From Fervidobacterium sp. (GTDB lineage: Bacteria > Thermotogota > Thermotogae > Thermotogales > Fervidobacteriaceae), in assembly GCA_049970055.1 (NCBI GenBank), contig JBMFNR010000001.1, positions 128,001-192,000 on the forward strand: a DNA stretch of 64,000 nt. Reading direction: 5' to 3'. The notes under the pieces were generated by a model, which saw only the letters and a program-made list of their open reading frames with translations, was not told the DNA's origin and searched no databases. Every line of letters starts with the position of its first letter. Within the stretch, counting starts at the first letter, position 1. Below are positions 31,206-39,868 of this stretch, in pieces. Both the position numbers and the translations under genes were made by a program.

Positions 31206-32822
31206 TTAATACTCTGGCATTTCAGGAGCCGCTGGTTTCTTTTCTTCTGGTTTTTCAACAACAAGTACTTCAGTTGTGAGTAGCATGCCAGCGATTGATG
31301 CAGCATTTTGTAACGCACTTCTTGTCACTTTTGCTGGGTCAATGATTCCACGTTCGTACATGTTGCAATATTCACCTTTCAGTGCATCGAAACCATAGGC
31401 TACATCATCTTTTGAGAGTACGTTGTGGATTATTATTGCACCATCGTAGCCTGCATTGAGAGCAATTTGTCTAATAGGTGCTTCAAGTGCGTTGTAAACA
31501 ATCTGTGCACCGAGCTTTTCGTCGCCACTGAGCTCGTTAAGCAGCGGTTCCAGAGCTTTTTTAGCTCTTAATAATGTTATTCCACCACCAGGAACGATAC
31601 CTTCTTCAACCGCTGCTCTTGTTGCACTAAGTGCATCTTCGATTCTGTGTTTCTTTTCCTTTGATTCTGTTTCCGTTGCTGCACCAACTTTGATTACTGC
31701 AACTCCACCTGCGAGTTTAGCCATTCTTTCTTGCAATGTTTCTTTTTCGTACTCGCTTGTTGTTTGTTCAATCTGGGCTTTGATCTGTGCAATTCTCTTC
31801 TTAATTTCCTCTGGTTTTCCTTTTCCACCAACAATTATTGTTTCGTCCTTTTTGACTCTTACAACGTCTGCTTTTCCGAGGTCTTGTAGAGTAAGATCTT
31901 CAAGGTTAATTCCAACCTCTTCGCTTGCAACAATACCACCCGTCAAGATAGCAATATCTTGGAGCATGGCTTTTCTTCTATCGCCAAATCCAGGAGCCTT
32001 AACTGCTACCGTATTGAGTGTTCCCTTGAGTTTGTTAAGCACTAATGTTGTGAGAACTTCACCTTCAACATCTTCTGCAATTATTACAAGTGGTCTTCCC
32101 GTTTGCGCAACTTTTTCAAGGATTGGAATAAGGGGCTTAACATTTGATAATTTTCTGTCTGTGATGAGTATGAATGGCTCGTTGTATACAACTTCCATTT
32201 TTTCTGGATCTGTTACAAAATATGGTGAAATATAACCTCTATCGAATTGCATACCTTCGGTGAATTCAACATATGTGTCAATAGTCTTGCTGTCTTCAAC
32301 TGTTATAACACCATCTTCTCCAACTTTTTCCATAGCTTCTGCGATTAGTTTACCGATATCTTCGCTATTTGCACTGATGGACGCAACATGAGCAATATCA
32401 TCCGTACTCGAAAGTTTTTTTGAGACTTTCCTTATCTCTTCTACTACTTTTGCTGTTGCCTTATCAATACCTTTTTTTATAAGTATTGGGTTTGCACCAG
32501 CGGCAACCATTTTGAGTCCTTCTTTTATCATTGCTTGTGCAAGAACTGTAGCGGTTGTTGTACCATCACCTGCAACATCATTTGTCTTGCTCGCAACTTC
32601 TTTGACAAGTTGGGCACCGAGGTTTGCAAATTTGTCCTCAAGTTCTATTTCTTTTGCGATCGAAACACCATCGTTTGTAATAGTTGGACTACCCCATGAT
32701 TTTTCGATAACCACGTTCCTACCCTTTGGACCTAAAGTAATCTTTACTGCATTAGCAACCGCGTCAACACCAGCTTCCAATGATCTTCTTGCTTCTTCAC
32801 TGTATCTCAGCAACTTTGCCAT
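31206..32822 (-). CDS. groL: chaperonin GroEL
   Basis: [39 protein letters not shown]. Confidence 0.99.
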   Translation of the reverse strand: MAKLLRYSEEARRSLEAGVDAVANAVKITLGPKGRNVVIEKSWGSPTITNDGVSIAKEIELEDKFANLGAQLVKEVASKTNDVAGDGTTTATVLAQAMIKEGLKMVAAGANPILIKKGIDKATAKVVEEIRKVSKKLSSTDDIAHVASISANSEDIGKLIAEAMEKVGEDGVITVEDSKTIDTYVEFTEGMQFDRGYISPYFVTDPEKMEVVYNEPFILITDRKLSNVKPLIPILEKVAQTGRPLVIIAEDVEGEVLTTLVLNKLKGTLNTVAVKAPGFGDRRKAMLQDIAILTGGIVASEEVGINLEDLTLQDLGKADVVRVKKDETIIVGGKGKPEEIKKRIAQIKAQIEQTTSEYEKETLQERMAKLAGGVAVIKVGAATETESKEKKHRIEDALSATRAAVEEGIVPGGGITLLRAKKALEPLLNELSGDEKLGAQIVYNALEAPIRQIALNAGYDGAIIIHNVLSKDDVAYGFDALKGEYCNMYERGIIDPAKVTRSALQNAASIAGMLLTTEVLVVEKPEEKKPAAPEMPEY

Positions 32823-32848
32823 ATCTCACACCTCCTGTATTTTTATTT

Positions 32849-33118
32849 TTACTCTTCGATTTTAGCAAGAATGTCGTTGACGTCGATTATGATGTAATCT
32901 TCGTCATCGATCTTTATCTCTGTTCCAGAATATTTGTTATATATAACCTTGTCTCCAACTTTGAGTTGGCAATCTTCAGAAAGCTTTCCAACTTCAACGA
33001 TCTCTGCTTTCATGGGCTTTTCTTTTGCCGCATCTGGAAGAACAATACCACCTGCTGTTTTCTTTTCCTCAACAATGGGTTTTATCAATAGCCTTTCACC
33101 GAGTGGTTTTACTTTCAT
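32849..33118 (-). CDS. groS: co-chaperonin GroES
   Basis: [26 protein letters not shown]. Start placed at ATG 33118 after GGAGGGGG. Confidence 0.97.
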   Translation of the reverse strand: MKVKPLGERLLIKPIVEEKKTAGGIVLPDAAKEKPMKAEIVEVGKLSEDCQLKVGDKVIYNKYSGTEIKIDDEDYIIIDVNDILAKIEE

Positions 33119-33155
33119 GCTCTTACCCCCTCCTGTCAGTTTTGTCGTTTTTTGA

Positions 33156-33182
33156 TTATCACTCATATATGCCGTGTGCTAA
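33156..33182 (-). promoter_or_regulatory. CIRCE element (HrcA operator)
   Basis: Minus strand TTAGCACAC-N9-GAGTGATAA versus consensus TTAGCACTC-N9-GAGTGCTAA (2 mismatches), just downstream of an extended -10 TGTTATACT (33187-33195). Confidence 0.85.
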
Positions 33183-33299
33183 TTTTAGTATAACAAAAAA
33201 AATCAGAAAGTGAACCCCAAAAAATATCAACCGAAAGTTTTTACACTTGTTTATTACAAAATATTTGTAATTTTCTTCATTTTACTCATTTTGTCACTA

Positions 33300-34487
33300 T
33301 TACAAGCAATTTTTCATCTATAGTTACTGATCTGCAAAAGCCTTTTATATCTTCATATTTTCCATCCTTGTTTCGCCAATTATGATATGTTTCTGCTATC
33401 TTCTTATATCTTCATTTGCTAATTCCCTGGGTCTTCTATCTACAAGTTGTCATAGTTTCCTTGTATCTATGAATAAAAATTCATGTCTTCTGCTTCTGTA
33501 TTTTGGATTATTTGCTTTATTCCTATTTAATATCCAAAGGCATGCTGGAATTGCTGTTGTATAAAATAGTTTATCTGGAAGTGCTACTATACAATCAACA
33601 ACATCATCTTCTATTAAATCCCTTCTTATTTCTCGTTTGTTAGATGTATTTGAACTTAATGAACCATTACCGAGCACCACTCCTGCAACTTTATTTGGTG
33701 CTAAGTGAAATATTATATGTTGTAGCCATGCATAGTTTGCGTTTCCTGCTGAAGAAGTACCATACTTCCATCGTGCATCCTTTGTTAGTTTTTCCACGCC
33801 CCATTCACTAACATTAAAAGGAAGGTTTGCCAAAATTTAATCAGCCTTTAAATTTTTGTGCAAATCATTATGGAATGTATCGGCATTTCAGCTAATGTTT
33901 TAACTACAGATTTTGGAGTATAAAATTAGATTTTGGATATAAAATTCTCCTCCACCTTAACTTTCCTTTTCAGCAAATTTGTTTAAGAAATATTCATATA
34001 CTCTTCCTGAAAATATCCTTTTGTCCATCTTGATAAAGCTTAATATTTGGAATAAGATCTATTAATTCTCCAAACCTTCTTTTATCAAGCTCTGGTCTTG
34101 CATATCTTTTAACTAATATACTCTTTAAGTTTGGATTTTCCTTTTCTGTTAAAAGTATGACATCATCTATTATTTGTCCTATCTTTGGATCTTTAGCTGA
34201 TTTTTTTATACGCTCCCATCTTGCCTCTTTAGGAACCCGGAATATATTTTCTGCTTCATATTCATCTCTATCCTCTTCAAAACCTTCGCCATCTTCAACC
34301 AGTCGATTATACCTCTGTTCAAATCTATCATATATTATAAAAACAACAGTCCTATAATTTCATACTTATATTCTGCTGCATCCATAATACCTCTTAATAT
34401 ATCTGGCGCTTTCCAAAGTTGTTCTTCAAAACCTATATCTGCAAATTAATTCTTGCAATATCTTAATATTTCTTCATTTGTTGACAT
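33300..34487 (-). pseudogene. hsdM: type I restriction-modification methyltransferase subunit (HsdM) remnant
   Basis: Fragments [94 protein letters not shown], broken by stops, frameshifts and a deletion. Left end approximate. Confidence 0.9.
33908..33946. repeat. tandem 20/19-bp duplication inside the hsdM remnant
   Basis: AGATTTTGGAGTATAAAATT followed by AGATTTTGGA-TATAAAATT. Confidence 0.85.
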
Positions 34488-34626
34488 TTTCCTGTCTCCT
34501 TATAGTATAGTTTATAGTATAGGCATTCTAATCAAACACCTGCACCAATTATTTACATAGCTCCAAACAAAAAAAGCCCTGATTTCTCATGGCTTCTATT
34601 TATCGTATCAATGATATATTGTATTT

Positions 34627-34702
34627 TGGTGGAGCCGATGGGACTTGAACCCACGACCTCTACCGTGCCATGGTAGCGCTCTCCCACCTGAGCTACGGCC
34701 CC
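34627..34702 (-). tRNA. tRNA-Ala(GGC)
   Basis: GGGGCCGTAGCTCAG...CTACC-ATGGCAC-GGTAG...GGTTCAAGTCC...GGCTCCACCA; 76 nt, G3-U70, encoded CCA. Confidence 0.97.
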
Positions 34703-34749
34703 TCTTTATCGAATTTTTCATTTAAAGCCCATTGTTTATAACCATGGTT

Positions 34750-34777
34750 ATTTTACCATAAAAGTATGAAAAATCAA
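34750..34777 (-). promoter_or_regulatory. promoter of tRNA-Ala
   Basis: TTGATT-16 nt-TAAAAT with TG extension. Confidence 0.6.
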
Positions 34778-34888
34778 GATAGCAATAGTAACAAAAATTT
34801 TTTAAGGATTTTGGAGTGTGTAAATAGTATAATTCATATGAATAGTTGAGCAATCGATTAATGACGCGTCGATTGGAGGTATCTCGCG

Positions 34889-36454
34889 ATGAAGATGTCA
34901 AGATACATTTATTTGACCGTGGTGGTTTTTATTTCATCTTTCATTTACACTTCCTGTATGTTTAATACACCGGATGCAACGGGAGGTCCAAAAATTTCAA
35001 TAGCACATCCTGAAAATGCCGTAATTGATTCTGCTGTAAATATTTCCATCCACACACTCGAACCGGGTATTAAAAATTTAAAATTGTCGGTTAATTCAAA
35101 AGATGATAGTAATGTATTTATTCTTAAAGAATATCCGTACGCAGTTTCTTGGAATCCAAAGCTTCCGGGAATTTACACGTTAAAAGCGGAAGGGTTTTCC
35201 ATAAACGACGGAAGATGGTATAGCGCAACCTCGACAATCACCGTTTACGATAAAGTTCCACCTTACATCGAGGAGATTAAACTCATTCCTGAAAAACCTT
35301 ACATTGGTGATCAGGTCTTATTACAAATAAAATTAGATGGGAGAAACCCTGTCGTTGGGGTAGAACTAGCTGGAAGATTTAGCCCTTCCAGCAATTGGGT
35401 ATACCAAACAGTGAAGACTTCAGATCAGTACGTGTACCTTATGCTACCACAACTAAACAATGTGGGAAAGGTAGAATTGTTTTTAAGATCCGTGGCTTAT
35501 CGCAATGAAGACGCCACCAAGGTTACTTTCGATGTGAAGGCAAGGGATTTAACCTCACCAAACATTAGTGTTTATGCGCAAACATTCTACCCTGAGAATT
35601 CCAATATTTCCGTTAGAGTGGAATTAAGTGACAACGTGGAATTGAAAAGGTATAAGATGACGTTTGATAACGAAGTTATCTTTGAGGAAGAGATCTCGGG
35701 GAAGAGTTTTACAAAAGAGGTTCTCATAGGTAAAAAAGATCTTGGTACGCACACGATCAATGTGGTTGCTTTTGACTCCGAAGGTAACATGAACACGTAC
35801 GCAAAAAAGATCTACGTAGGTGGAACTGCTTTGAGTTTCAACGCTCAAGTAAGTCCTTCCGAACCAACTGCGAACTCTACAGCGGTTATAGCTATGGTCC
35901 CCGACGAAAAAGATGTTATCTATACGAGAGTGGCCTTTTTCGTTGATGGGAACGCGATTGCAGATTACAGAAGCGATGGTGAAAATTCTGCTCAGAGTTT
36001 TGCACTCTGGGATGTTGAAGAAGGAAATCATGTCATAACAATTTATGCAGAATCAAAAGACAAAAGAGCAGGGATAGCCGAAACACTTGTAAACGTTAAA
36101 GATTATAATGGGCCAAGATTCATATCGCTGAAAGCCAACGGAGTAGAGCTCAAAAAAGGAGTTGATAATTACGTCTTTCCAGGTTTAGTAACATTTCAAG
36201 TCACTGTTTACGATCCCGGAGGAATAAATCTAACGGTATTACCAAGACTCTTGATTAAAGAAGATGAATTTACGACATTTTACAGAGACTTAGAGATGCA
36301 AATTGATGATGTTTCGCCAGATGGCAGGACAGTAACGTTTTCTGTAACGACAACGATGGTTTTAGGTTACTACTACGTGACTGTTATGAACGTTCAAGAT
36401 AAGAGTGGTAACGCGATGAAAGACGTGGGTAAATTCTTATTGTACGTTCAGTAA
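34889..36454 (+). CDS. putative lipoprotein with tandem Ig-like (Big-type) domains
   Basis: Signal peptide with lipobox-like YTSC; repeated beta-rich units (PGIYTLKAEGF, LGTHTINVVAFDSEGN, EGNHVITIYAES, VQDKSGN) joined by D..PP/D..GP linkers. Confidence 0.75.
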   Translation: MKMSRYIYLTVVVFISSFIYTSCMFNTPDATGGPKISIAHPENAVIDSAVNISIHTLEPGIKNLKLSVNSKDDSNVFILKEYPYAVSWNPKLPGIYTLKAEGFSINDGRWYSATSTITVYDKVPPYIEEIKLIPEKPYIGDQVLLQIKLDGRNPVVGVELAGRFSPSSNWVYQTVKTSDQYVYLMLPQLNNVGKVELFLRSVAYRNEDATKVTFDVKARDLTSPNISVYAQTFYPENSNISVRVELSDNVELKRYKMTFDNEVIFEEEISGKSFTKEVLIGKKDLGTHTINVVAFDSEGNMNTYAKKIYVGGTALSFNAQVSPSEPTANSTAVIAMVPDEKDVIYTRVAFFVDGNAIADYRSDGENSAQSFALWDVEEGNHVITIYAESKDKRAGIAETLVNVKDYNGPRFISLKANGVELKKGVDNYVFPGLVTFQVTVYDPGGINLTVLPRLLIKEDEFTTFYRDLEMQIDDVSPDGRTVTFSVTTTMVLGYYYVTVMNVQDKSGNAMKDVGKFLLYVQ

Positions 36455-36522
36455 TTAAATTTTGCGTTTATTTTGACGATAATTAGATTGTTATATATTA
36501 ATTGCGAAAGGGAGGAGTTGTT

Positions 36523-39198
36523 ATGAGGAAAGTTACATTAATGATTATTTTTATACTTTTGTTACTATCAACTTTTGCTCACGCTGCTCTTAGTATCTCA
36601 GGCCTTTGGACACCGACAAAGTTCAGTTGGACACTTCCAGGAAAATATGGCCCTGGTGTGATTGTAAAAAATGGAGGTAATTTACTTGTTTTAGCAAAAG
36701 ACGGTTCTGTTTACGAACTTCAGATGTCTGGTACTTTGGTCCCGTTGGGGCAAGTTAGTGGTATCCAAAATGTCGTGACACCTCCAACGTACGTTGAAGT
36801 GAACAGCACTGCAAAGTATCTTATTTGGGTAACAGCGCAAAACACAGCAGCTAATACTGTGAATATTATAAATGTTGCGAATACGTCATCCACACCATTA
36901 CAGAAAAATATTAACGGTGCATCCTATGGCGTAGTAGCCTATAAAGGTGGAACAAAAATTTACATAATTACAGCAACTATGAATGGTGTTCTTTACAAGT
37001 TCGAGTATGACGGAGCCAATTGGACCGGAGAGGACTCAAATACTATTGCCGGACCTGTTAAAGTGCCACCTATCATCAGTCCATCGAAGGATACACTTTA
37101 CATTTTAACTCAAAACGGAAAATTTTATTCAGTTAATAACAGTGGTCCAACTTTGGGAAGTCCTACTTTGAAATTAACCCTTGGTGGTGAATTTACAACG
37201 CCGATGGCTATGGATGAAGGAGGATTCATTTACGCGTTGAGTTCTACTGGTGTTCTTTATAAAATTGATCCTTCAGGTAGTGAGCAACATGTTCAATTTT
37301 TGTCGTCATGCAATAGTTCAGGACCTCTTATAGATGGTGAGGGGATCATTTACATCTTTGGAAACAATGGAAAGATTGTTGCATTGACAAAAACACTTGT
37401 GAAGATAGGTGAATACACAATTGATCAGCAAATAACAACAACACCGGCAATAGTTAAGGGTAAAGATGGTCTAACCTACTTGATTGTTCCAAGTTCATCA
37501 ACTAACGGTACAGGAAAAATAACGATCCTAAGTTTCGTACCTGCAACTGGTACGTTTTCAAAAGTTTGGGAGTATACAACCACAAGCACGTTCCCCATCA
37601 GTGCGGCTGTTGGTGTAGCTCCTCTGGGAGCTTTGTACAACGACAATTATTACTTTGCAACGGCTACAAATGATGGAACGATTTACGCCTGGCAATTTGA
37701 TGCGAGGGGGCCGTATGGTGTCTGGGCAATGTATGGACAGAATATAAATCACACAGGTTTTGTTGATTCTTCCTCGATGGCTTTTCGAACAAGGATATTT
37801 ATAATTGCAAAAGAAGGATATTATGGTAAAGAACTTAGCAGTACATTGCTTAATTCAACAACAGCATACGGGTTACTTTACGATGCTAAAAAATATGATT
37901 CCACTAATCAAGTTGTTGGTCAGTATTCAAACTTGAGAACAAATGAAACAAATTTGGCTAATATCCCAGAAGGGATACCTGGGTCTGAGAAACTTGAGGT
38001 AAAATTTGCAACTTCAACGTCAAGTCTACTTTTATTTACGAATAACTTCCAAGTTCAAGGAGGCTCAAAGCCGACAGTCGACTCTACATTTACTTTCAGA
38101 TTTTGGAAAACTGGGCAAAGTGGATACGAAGGTTCTGAGGGAGATAACCCAGCAACACTTACTTATATGTTCAATGACAGATACCTTACGGTCTTTACAG
38201 ACGCAATATACATGTTCTATATTTATCATAAATATCCTCTGCAAAGCAACAGTGAATCCACTGAAACTACAGACGCAGTATTTGATTTTAACCAATACAG
38301 ATCTAATCCAAACACCGCGGTAAAAACTGTTAATTCAAAGACTAATTATCAAAGTCAAAAATGGTACGCGTATAAATGGAACGTTTACCAATGGAATCCA
38401 GATAATCCTCTTGGATACGATAAGACTACCTATTATCAGAAAGATAGTGTGTCTCTTCCAATAAAAGGCCCAGCGTACATAGAAATTTACTATGCTCAAC
38501 TTAGCGCAACTGTAACTTTACTTGTTCCTGAGTTTGCCCTAGGTAGGACACGAGCTTACTTGTTCTTAGATGCAGCAGCAAACTCTATAGCTTATAACAT
38601 CGATCTTAAAACGCTAAATGGTGTTACCATTGAAAGTATTCAATCGGAAGAATTTGCAAATAACGTTTCAAAAATTAATTCTCTATGTACCGTGAATGGT
38701 ACTCAATTGAAATATGTTTTGGACAGTATGCAAAATCCTTTATCAGCAGATACACGAGTTGCTACAATAATTCTTAACCTAAATTTCCCGCAGAAAGCAC
38801 AGTTTAGTGCTATAAATGATATGTACTTTACTCAATACTTTAATTTAACTGGATATGCACAGGTTCAAGGTCAACTAGTCGATCCAGCAAATCTCCAGGC
38901 AAAACGTGTCTTTAAGACAAATCGCTTCCTGTATGTTGTTGGTGATTTCAACGGTGATTTTGTTGTTGATATTAACGACTGGAACCTCTTTGTTAATGTT
39001 TTAGGAACTACGGTTTCTGGGCCGGCTGTCATTTACAACATAGGGCCAAGGGAAGATTTCAATCCTCCATACCCAAGCTATACGAATTACAAAGCAGGGT
39101 ACCTTACGGACGCAAGTAGTATCGTTAATGAAAATGATTTTTACTACTTTGCTACGATGTTTGGTTTTGCTGTTCCCGAAAGCGAAAGAGTTAAATAA
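36523..39198 (+). CDS. secreted PQQ-like beta-propeller protein with C-terminal cohesin-like and dockerin-like regions
   Basis: SPI signal (TFAHA), propeller blades (TTPMAMDEGGFIY..STGVLYKID, SSGPLIDGEGIIY), WAMYGQNINHTG, C-terminal GDFNGDFVVDINDW. Start placed at ATG 36523 after GGAGGAG. Confidence 0.7.
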   Translation: MRKVTLMIIFILLLLSTFAHAALSISGLWTPTKFSWTLPGKYGPGVIVKNGGNLLVLAKDGSVYELQMSGTLVPLGQVSGIQNVVTPPTYVEVNSTAKYLIWVTAQNTAANTVNIINVANTSSTPLQKNINGASYGVVAYKGGTKIYIITATMNGVLYKFEYDGANWTGEDSNTIAGPVKVPPIISPSKDTLYILTQNGKFYSVNNSGPTLGSPTLKLTLGGEFTTPMAMDEGGFIYALSSTGVLYKIDPSGSEQHVQFLSSCNSSGPLIDGEGIIYIFGNNGKIVALTKTLVKIGEYTIDQQITTTPAIVKGKDGLTYLIVPSSSTNGTGKITILSFVPATGTFSKVWEYTTTSTFPISAAVGVAPLGALYNDNYYFATATNDGTIYAWQFDARGPYGVWAMYGQNINHTGFVDSSSMAFRTRIFIIAKEGYYGKELSSTLLNSTTAYGLLYDAKKYDSTNQVVGQYSNLRTNETNLANIPEGIPGSEKLEVKFATSTSSLLLFTNNFQVQGGSKPTVDSTFTFRFWKTGQSGYEGSEGDNPATLTYMFNDRYLTVFTDAIYMFYIYHKYPLQSNSESTETTDAVFDFNQYRSNPNTAVKTVNSKTNYQSQKWYAYKWNVYQWNPDNPLGYDKTTYYQKDSVSLPIKGPAYIEIYYAQLSATVTLLVPEFALGRTRAYLFLDAAANSIAYNIDLKTLNGVTIESIQSEEFANNVSKINSLCTVNGTQLKYVLDSMQNPLSADTRVATIILNLNFPQKAQFSAINDMYFTQYFNLTGYAQVQGQLVDPANLQAKRVFKTNRFLYVVGDFNGDFVVDINDWNLFVNVLGTTVSGPAVIYNIGPREDFNPPYPSYTNYKAGYLTDASSIVNENDFYYFATMFGFAVPESERVK

Positions 39199-39207
39199 TA
39201 CAAAGAG

Positions 39208-39822
39208 GTGAGAAGTATGAAAAAGCTTATGGTAACACTTTCAATGCTAATATTAACTTTAACTTTAACAAGTTGTGGACTTCTGGGAGCAAACAATGGT
39301 AGTGCAAAAATTAAAACTAATGTTAACATTATAGATCCTTATGGAAACAAGTTGTTTGTAGAGGGTACAATAAACGGATACAAAATCGAGGCTGATAAAG
39401 ATGGTGTGTATGTGGCTTCTAAGATCGAAAGTATTACAAGTTATAAGTTCAGTGAGGATTTAAAGTTGTTCACAGTTAAGAGTATTGATGTTAATCCCGG
39501 CAAAGAAGTTAACATAGTACTTGAGAGAAATGTACAAAATGGTGTTAAATTATTAAGAACCAGCGATGGTAAGCTTGTTTTCTATGCATTCGGTTTAAAG
39601 GATACACCTTACTTCCAAGTGTGGTTAAGAGATAAACTATCTACATTTGCAGTAATTGATTTAAATAAAGATCAGACACTTTTGGCAGGTAATTGGCTGA
39701 TTGGTGTTGGAAAAGGAAGGGGAAATGACGGGCCAGTGCAAGATCGTGATGAAATAGTGGTTAGATTAAATATTCCGGCAACAAAAGCTCCAGAGGTAGT
39801 GAAATTTGAAGAACTAAAGTAA
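39208..39822 (+). CDS. small lipoprotein of unknown function
   Basis: MKK..LTLTLTSC lipobox; all-beta-like sequence. Confidence 0.75.
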   Translation: MRSMKKLMVTLSMLILTLTLTSCGLLGANNGSAKIKTNVNIIDPYGNKLFVEGTINGYKIEADKDGVYVASKIESITSYKFSEDLKLFTVKSIDVNPGKEVNIVLERNVQNGVKLLRTSDGKLVFYAFGLKDTPYFQVWLRDKLSTFAVIDLNKDQTLLAGNWLIGVGKGRGNDGPVQDRDEIVVRLNIPATKAPEVVKFEELK

Positions 39823-39868
39823 AATAAAAAATGCCCTCGAGTAAGGAGGGCATTTTTTATTTTACTTT
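39816..39868. terminator. bidirectional terminator (23-bp perfect inverted repeat)
   Basis: AAAGTAAAATAAAAAATGCCCTC-GAGTAAG-GAGGGCATTTTTTATTTTACTTT between convergent genes. Confidence 0.88.

Noticed and set aside
33119..33166. N-terminal extension of GroES (105-aa ORF call)
   Set aside because: The extension overlaps the CIRCE and contains the real SD; the true start is ATG 33118.
33200..33450. att-site duplication of the tRNA-Ala 3' end bounding the hsdM island
   Set aside because: No second copy of the tRNA 3' sequence was found by eye, so island boundaries cannot be fixed.
33450..33833. 127-aa ORF as a functional methyltransferase
   Set aside because: It is an internal fragment of the hsdM pseudogene, lacking motif I and with NPPF changed to NLPF.
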